Shown here piece after piece: positions 58,312-64,000 of a stretch of DNA of 64,000 bases. Location of the stretch: the NCBI GenBank assembly GCA_965279515.1, contig CBDIID010000003.1, positions 2,912,001 to 2,976,000 on the forward strand, given 5' to 3'. The DNA is from Turneriella sp. (GTDB lineage Bacteria > Spirochaetota > Leptospiria > Turneriellales > Turneriellaceae). The notes under the pieces were generated by a model. It had not been told where the DNA came from. It saw only the letters and a list, made by a program, of their open reading frames with translations, and ran no database searches. The first letter of the stretch is position 1. Every line of letters starts with the position of its first letter. A program made the translations under genes and the position numbers.

Positions 58312-60426
58312 ATGATTACCCTCGCCGAAACCGGCCTCTTTAACGATACCCAGCTCAAGACGTTAAGCCGTCTAAAGGTAAAAGATGTGCGCGATCTCTT
58401 TTATTACCTGCCGCGCAAGTATATCGACCGCAGCCAGAAACTCGACCTGAGAAATTCACGTGCCGGCGATCTCGTCACGGTCGTTGGTATGATCACGCAT
58501 GCGGAGATGCGTTTTGCGGGCCGCAAACGTTTTACGATCAAGGTCGAGGCAAACGGTTTTATCATCTACGCGACATTTTTTAATGCCGGCGCTTATATGC
58601 AGAAGATTCTCAAAGTGGGCTCTGAAATTGCCTGCTGGGGTAAGCTCGAGGTTTATAAAGGTCGCTTAAGTTTTATGCATCCCGAGTGGGAGCTTCTCAC
58701 AGATGAGGGGCAGCAACACACAGGCCGCATCGTCCCGGTTTATCGTATCACCGAGGGTATGCGCACCGCCTACCTCACGGTCAAGTCACTGCGCGAAAAG
58801 ATCGCGGCCTGCCTCGGCAAATATGAAAACCGCATCGCGGATTACATACCGGCGCAGACGCTGAAAAAACTCAATCTTCTGGCGATTCAGCCGGCGCTCC
58901 ATAAGATTCATTTTCCCGAATCGCTCGAAGAGACTGAAGAGGCACGGCGTCGTATGGCCTTCGACGAGCTGGTGCTCTTCTCGGTGCTGACGGAAGAGAA
59001 AAAGGCGGCGATTCGCCGCATCAACAAAGAATTCCGTATCGTGGTAAATCCTGCCCTTAAAAAAGAACTCGCAGAGTTGGTTAAAGCCCTGCCTTTTACG
59101 CTGACCGAAGACCAGCAAAAGGCGATCGACTTGCTGCTAAAAAATTCAGCGGCGACTTACCCCGTGAACCATTTACTCATGGGCGATGTTGGTAGCGGCA
59201 AGACCCTTGTCGCGCTCATTCTCGCCCTGGTTTACATGCGCCATAAGTTGCAGGTGGCCTACCTGGCGCCGACCGAGATTCTCGCCCGCCAGCACTACCA
59301 GACATTTCTGAATATTCTTCCCGGCGGTTCTTTCGAGGGGGTGGAGCTCATTCTCGGCAAGGAACCGGGTAAGGAGAAAAAGGCAAAGCTCGAGCGTATT
59401 GCGCGCGGCGAATCCTTGCTCGCGATCGGCACTCATGCGTTGATTCAGGACGAAGTGGTTTTTGAAAATCTTTCGCTGATCATCATCGACGAGCAGCACC
59501 GTTTTGGCGTCGAACAGCGCGAGAAGCTGCGCGCGAAGGGAAAAAATCCCGATTTGCTCTCCATGACCGCCACGCCGATTCCGCGCACACTGACTTTGGC
59601 ATATTACGGCGATCTTGAACCCGTTTATCTGAAAGAGAAGCCCAAAAGCCGCATCAAGATCGATACCCGCATCTTTCCCGAATCGGACCTCGAGCGTATC
59701 TATAAATCGGTGCGCAAGTATGTGAACGAGGGGCGGCAGGTCTACATCATCTATCCCGTGATCGATGAGAACGAGAACTCCGACGGGGTGCACGGAGGCA
59801 CCGGGGTCGACCGAGCCAAGGATGGCGGCAGGTCGACCATGGCTTCACTGCTCAGTGACTACGCAACGCTTGAGCGTGAGGTCTTTCCCGACCTGCGTTT
59901 GGGCCTCTTACACGGGCGGCTTGCGGGTGACGAAAAAGAACGGGCCATGCAGAAATTTAAAGAGGGATTGATTCAGGTGCTGGTTGCCACTACCGTTGTG
60001 GAAGTGGGTATCGACGTACCGAATGCAAATGTCATTGTGATACGCAACCCCGACCGTTTCGGTTTGTCGCAATTGCACCAGCTGCGGGGTCGCGTGGGCC
60101 GCGGTCTCTACCAGAGCTTCTGTATTCTCGTTGCCCCTGACAAATTAACGCAGGAAGGCGAAGAGCGGCTCGCGGCGATGGTTAAGACTGAAGACGGCTT
60201 TGAACTCGCAGAAGTGGATTTTAATATCCGCGGTGCGGGTGAAGTCACCGGGCTCAGGCAGTCGGGCGCATCGGAATTCCATGTTGCCGATCTCAGGGTG
60301 CATGGTGCGCTCATGGAGAAGGCTGTGGAATTTTTGCAGGCCAACCCCGCGGTGCAGGCGCAATTTGGTAGCATGAAAAATATCCAACAGACCCTGGAGA
60401 AGGGGTTGGTGCTTTTCGGCAATTAA
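58312..60426 (+). CDS. recG: ATP-dependent DNA helicase RecG
   Basis: GDVGSGKT, APTEILARQH, DEQHRFG, MTATPIPRTL, QLHQLRGRVGRG, DGFELAEVD. Confidence 0.97.
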   Translation: MITLAETGLFNDTQLKTLSRLKVKDVRDLFYYLPRKYIDRSQKLDLRNSRAGDLVTVVGMITHAEMRFAGRKRFTIKVEANGFIIYATFFNAGAYMQKILKVGSEIACWGKLEVYKGRLSFMHPEWELLTDEGQQHTGRIVPVYRITEGMRTAYLTVKSLREKIAACLGKYENRIADYIPAQTLKKLNLLAIQPALHKIHFPESLEETEEARRRMAFDELVLFSVLTEEKKAAIRRINKEFRIVVNPALKKELAELVKALPFTLTEDQQKAIDLLLKNSAATYPVNHLLMGDVGSGKTLVALILALVYMRHKLQVAYLAPTEILARQHYQTFLNILPGGSFEGVELILGKEPGKEKKAKLERIARGESLLAIGTHALIQDEVVFENLSLIIIDEQHRFGVEQREKLRAKGKNPDLLSMTATPIPRTLTLAYYGDLEPVYLKEKPKSRIKIDTRIFPESDLERIYKSVRKYVNEGRQVYIIYPVIDENENSDGVHGGTGVDRAKDGGRSTMASLLSDYATLEREVFPDLRLGLLHGRLAGDEKERAMQKFKEGLIQVLVATTVVEVGIDVPNANVIVIRNPDRFGLSQLHQLRGRVGRGLYQSFCILVAPDKLTQEGEERLAAMVKTEDGFELAEVDFNIRGAGEVTGLRQSGASEFHVADLRVHGALMEKAVEFLQANPAVQAQFGSMKNIQQTLEKGLVLFGN
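59785..59838 (+). repeat. Palindromic element inserted in frame in recG
   Basis: GGTGC-ACGGAG-GCACC hairpin plus GGTCGACC..GCC-AAGGAT-GGC..GGTCGACC hairpin; 54 nt = 18 codons. Confidence 0.7.
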
Positions 60427-60514
60427 ATTACAAAAAAAATGAGCACTTAGCTCTCGGCATTGACTCTCCTTAGCGAAAGATAAAATCTTTCACTTTCAGA
60501 TAAAAAGGAGAAAA

Positions 60515-61009
60515 ATGAAAAAATATATGAAAGCGATATTATTCGCTGTATTACCTTTGGTTGCGTTAATGAACTGCCAGAACACTAGCGATTCTGCTGG
60601 CAACGATGGAGGAGGTGATCAAAAAGTACCAGGTACTAACACGATGACGTTTAAGCTGAACGGCGCTATCGTAACGATGTCAGGCATAGCCTACACCAAA
60701 GGCAATGGTGAATCTTTCATTGGTAAACAAGGAGAGGGGAGATATATTCAAATACCTTCGGTTGCCGACCTTACCAGCGGCAATTTTGATAAAGATTCCA
60801 ACCCAGGTTATTTTTTGCAGTATAGTGAAAATACCCAAGGTACCCTCGTTACTTACGTGAGTGGTGCAAATGATGCAAATACCACTTTCGCTGTGACCGT
60901 TAGTGCGACCGAAATTTCTGGTACTTTTTCAGGTGTAGTCCGCCGGGTTGAGAATGGGAATGTAACCCTCGTGAATGTGACTGAAGGTAGCTTTCGGGTG
61001 AATAAATAA
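60515..61009 (+). CDS. AT-rich hypothetical lipoprotein
   Basis: AAGGAG RBS; VALMNC lipobox. Confidence 0.7.
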   Translation: MKKYMKAILFAVLPLVALMNCQNTSDSAGNDGGGDQKVPGTNTMTFKLNGAIVTMSGIAYTKGNGESFIGKQGEGRYIQIPSVADLTSGNFDKDSNPGYFLQYSENTQGTLVTYVSGANDANTTFAVTVSATEISGTFSGVVRRVENGNVTLVNVTEGSFRVNK

Positions 61010-61029
61010 AGGCGGATTTCACATTTTCA

Positions 61030-61746
61030 TCAGAAAAAATTGTACCCCACGGTAAAACTAACCGTGGGGGTGTGCACGTAACGAGAATAAATTTCATTTA
61101 AATAAGTTTCTGTAGATACTGCAAAGGCTTCGGTGATTCTCGGAAACGTAGGCCGGTAATTCGCCGTGACCGAAGTTCCTGAGGCGACAGTGAATGCCCC
61201 GCCAATCGACGCCCTGAAGTAAATCTGATTCCAGAACCATTCCCAGCCGAGTTCGATATCGAGCATATGTAACGTCGAGTTTACCGTGAATGTTTTTCCT
61301 GATGCGGCACCGCCGTCGCTCAATGCGCCACCGGTTGTACCCGATATGATTTCCGCCGCGCTGGCTCCGCCACCGAGAGCCACGAGCCCGTAACCGGCTT
61401 CGACGTGGAAGCCTGATTTTTCAAACGGCCTGAACCCCGCATGGAGGCGCCACACCAGGGAGCTTTTGAGTGTCGTACGGATGAGGTCTGCGGTCGACTG
61501 GCTGTACGTGCCAGAGCTCACCATAACAGAATTGATCGTGTTGATATAGCCTTCGGGGAGGAATCCCAGGCTTGAGGAAATTCTAAACCGGTTGGGAAAT
61601 TCGATACCCACCCGGCCGCCGACCGATAAGGGCAGGTCGGTATGTGCGCCGGCGTTGAGGTGCAGTTTGTCATCTGCCGCAGAAATCCCGCCGACGCACA
61701 TGATGATTGCGACCGGGAGCAAAGCCCACGCTTTATTACAATTCAT
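61030..61746 (-). CDS. Outer-membrane beta-barrel protein
   Basis: Signal peptide, beta-strand pattern and C-terminal VGYNFF. Confidence 0.65.
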   Translation of the reverse strand: MNCNKAWALLPVAIIMCVGGISAADDKLHLNAGAHTDLPLSVGGRVGIEFPNRFRISSSLGFLPEGYINTINSVMVSSGTYSQSTADLIRTTLKSSLVWRLHAGFRPFEKSGFHVEAGYGLVALGGGASAAEIISGTTGGALSDGGAASGKTFTVNSTLHMLDIELGWEWFWNQIYFRASIGGAFTVASGTSVTANYRPTFPRITEAFAVSTETYLNEIYSRYVHTPTVSFTVGYNFF

Positions 61747-61849
61747 TTTGATACCCGCAGCAATTCCGGCGCCAGCTTGGGGCAGTACATCCAAATTTCG
61801 CCTGCTTCTTGACTTGACGCAAGGGCGGTTTGCCTGTTTTCACCAAGCC

Positions 61850-62671
61850 ATGAAGGTATCATACGTATTTTTTTTATCCGTGGGATTCTCCTCGTTCGCA
61901 TCGCTTTCCGCCCAGGCGGTTATCAGCAACTGCGAATCAGAATTCTATGATGTGACGGGTGAAAACGGCAGTGAATTGGTCGACCAGATGAGGGCGCAAA
62001 ATAAGGCCCGCGGCGGCTTCTTTGCTTACACCAGTTACAGCTATAAGTCATCGTGCAAAACGCTGACACTGAAGTGTTCCGTGCGTATGCCGCGTTGGGT
62101 CGACTATGCGACCTCGCAAAACAAAATCCTCAAAGCGAAATGGGACAAGTTTTTCCCGCAGCTCGTCGCGCACGAACAAGGGCATGTCGACCGCTTCAAC
62201 GACGCGATGAAAGCCGCCGAAGAAGCAGCCGCCGAGTTGACTTGCGCGAAAGCCGCTAAGCTATTCAAAACCGAATATACCAAAATGGCCAAGGGACAAA
62301 AAAAATACGACGCAGATACCAGGCATGGTGTCAGTACCGGGGCGTCGTTTAGCGGCGCGAACTACGTGGGAATTGCCTATTCGGCGAAGAGCGGGTCCGT
62401 CGGTTTTTCCTTCGACCAGGAGACGCAAGATGCAGCGAAAACCCGCGCCCTGGCCGAGTGTAAGGCTAAGGACTGCAAGTTCGTGCAATGGGCTAATGGC
62501 GATGAGATGTGCGTCAGTCTCGCCGTGACCCCTAAAAAGGCCTATGGCTACGCGCATGGCAAAGGCCGCAGCGAAGCTGAAGAGAAGACATTGGCAACCT
62601 GTGGCAAGTTTGGCGCGGATTGCAAGATCAAAACTACGGTTTGTGCGGGAGACGGCAAGGTCTCGGACTAG
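61850..62671 (+). CDS. Secreted DUF922-like zincin (HExxH) fused to a DUF4189-like Cys-rich domain
   Basis: Signal peptide, YDVTG, MPRW, AHEQGH; C-terminal GIAYS...ALAEC...C repeats. Confidence 0.7.
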   Translation: MKVSYVFFLSVGFSSFASLSAQAVISNCESEFYDVTGENGSELVDQMRAQNKARGGFFAYTSYSYKSSCKTLTLKCSVRMPRWVDYATSQNKILKAKWDKFFPQLVAHEQGHVDRFNDAMKAAEEAAAELTCAKAAKLFKTEYTKMAKGQKKYDADTRHGVSTGASFSGANYVGIAYSAKSGSVGFSFDQETQDAAKTRALAECKAKDCKFVQWANGDEMCVSLAVTPKKAYGYAHGKGRSEAEEKTLATCGKFGADCKIKTTVCAGDGKVSD

Positions 62672-62718
62672 AAAGGTCAAAGTAATCGACGCCCTGTGTC
62701 GAAGGCCCATACTGCCGC

Positions 62719-62937
62719 GTGGCCAAAGAAGAGGCAATTTCGGTTAACGGCACCATTAAAAAGGCGCTGCCCAACGCGATGTTTCTCGTCGAGCTCGAAA
62801 ACGGCCATGAAATCCTCGGGCATATTTCCGGTAAAATGCGCAAGCATTACATCCGTATCAACCCCGGCGACAAGGTCTCGGTCGAGCTTTCTCCTTACGA
62901 TTTAACCCGCGGCCGCATTACCTACCGCGTTGCATAA
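62719..62937 (+). CDS. infA: Translation initiation factor IF-1
   Basis: [14 protein letters not shown]...[12 protein letters not shown]...[11 protein letters not shown]. Confidence 0.97.
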   Translation: MAKEEAISVNGTIKKALPNAMFLVELENGHEILGHISGKMRKHYIRINPGDKVSVELSPYDLTRGRITYRVA

Positions 62938-64000
62938 ATTCCACAAACGCTTTCGCGTATTCGCTGCTTGATCCTGCTCCCATAAACACCGCTGCGCTCT
63001 TGCGCCCGTCGATGCCAAGACTTTGCAGATCAAATTTTTCTTTCGCTGCCACATGCAGATAGGGGGATTTCTGAAAGCGCTGAAATAATTTCTCCGCTTC
63101 CGGGTAATCCACCGCCTTATCGCCCGAGGCATAGATCGGTAAAGAGAAGAGACTGTGCTTCGCCGCATAACTTTCCAGCACCGCCGCAAACTCGGCATGA
63201 AAATGCGTGAAGCGGCTCAGGCGGTGCGGCTCCCAGAAAATCAATAGCCTTTCATACTGGCCCGCCAACGCCTCGAGCGTCGCCGCCACTTCATGGGGGT
63301 GGTGTGCATAGTCGTCGATCACTGTCAGATTCACGTCGGGAAACGCAGCGAGGCGCTGCATGCGGCGGTTCACGCCGCCATAGGCTGCGAGGCTTTCCGC
63401 TATGATAGCTTCTTGGATACCTAAGCGCAACCCCAGCTGCAGTACCAATGTTGCATTCATGAGGTTATGTTTGCCCGCAAGGCCGACGGGGTATGTTTTG
63501 CCCGATGCTGAGATGCTGTGTCTCTCCACAGAAACAGAAATTGCCGCACCTGCCTTGTCTTCAGCGGTCAAGAGCGTCTGCAGTTGGCCGGTACATTCGT
63601 AACTGAGATGAATCCAGCCGCCATTCTTTTGCGCCGTGGCGGCAAAATCACAGAAGTCGCGCTCGAGCGATTCGAGGCTGGGATGGATATCCGTGTGGTC
63701 GAGATCGACGTTCGTCACCAGCGCGACGCGGCTATCAATGGAAAGAAAACTGCGGTCCGATTCATCGGCCTCAATGACGAGAATATTTTTTCCGTCGCGC
63801 TGGCCCTGGCCCTCGCGGTAATTCGAATTCCATTCTGGCACTGTGCCGCCGATGAGCGCCGTGGGGTCCATACCCGCGCGCGTCAAAAGATCGGCGATCC
63901 AGGCGCTCGTTGTCGTTTTGCCATGGCAACCCGCAATCGCCAATGTGAAGTAATCCGCCGTGATGAGCTTCAAGAGCGAATGGCGCGGTTCACAGGCAAA
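62918..64000 (-). CDS. murC: UDP-N-acetylmuramate--alanine ligase, C-terminal part (runs off the window end)
   Basis: [38 protein letters not shown]; the frame stays open to 64000. Confidence 0.88.
   Translation of the reverse strand, partial: FACEPRHSLLKLITADYFTLAIAGCHGKTTTSAWIADLLTRAGMDPTALIGGTVPEWNSNYREGQGQRDGKNILVIEADESDRSFLSIDSRVALVTNVDLDHTDIHPSLESLERDFCDFAATAQKNGGWIHLSYECTGQLQTLLTAEDKAGAAISVSVERHSISASGKTYPVGLAGKHNLMNATLVLQLGLRLGIQEAIIAESLAAYGGVNRRMQRLAAFPDVNLTVIDDYAHHPHEVAATLEALAGQYERLLIFWEPHRLSRFTHFHAEFAAVLESYAAKHSLFSLPIYASGDKAVDYPEAEKLFQRFQKSPYLHVAAKEKFDLQSLGIDGRKSAAVFMGAGSSSEYAKAFVEFMQRGR

Noticed and set aside
60440..60475. Possible CIRCE (HrcA) element, TTAGCTCTC...
   Set aside because: The left arm is imperfect and there is no GAGTGCTAA right arm at 9-nt spacing.
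1..64000. CRISPR array, tRNA, rRNA or IS transposase
   Set aside because: No regularly spaced repeats, cloverleaf or rRNA signatures, or transposase ORFs were recognised by eye.

Overview
Gene-dense, GC-rich bacterial chromosomal window. The gene content (SpiroCoCo-like coiled-coil protein, OmpL47-like domain, SpoIIE/HAMP sensor, short SMC, DUF1564-like proteins, many spirochaetal-type lipoproteins) suggests a Leptospiraceae spirochaete, possibly Turneriella-like; this is inference only. Core genes include ribD, cheW, rplM-rpsI, mlaA-mlaC, zapA, an FKBP, smc, recG, infA and a partial murC. Accessory content: (i) an orphan integron-integrase-like tyrosine recombinase; (ii) an AT-rich island (~16.6-20.6 kb) with a C5 DNA methyltransferase, a ParB-like protein and a putative PD-(D/E)XK nuclease behind a Leptospira-type LexA box; (iii) a sphingolipid delta-4 desaturase / fatty-acid 2-hydroxylase gene pair of eukaryotic type; (iv) a VapBC-like TA pair; (v) an ECF42 sigma/DGPF operon with its promoter. 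Non-coding structure includes a 54-nt palindromic element inserted in frame in recG, a shared attC-like half-repeat beside two AT-rich orphan lipoprotein genes, a cargo segment bounded by 10-bp terminal inverted repeats, a conserved upstream motif shared by two distant ribbon-helix-helix-like paralogues, and a possible pseudoknot leader. No rRNA, tRNA or CRISPR array was seen. All family assignments come from motif recognition by eye, not database searches.
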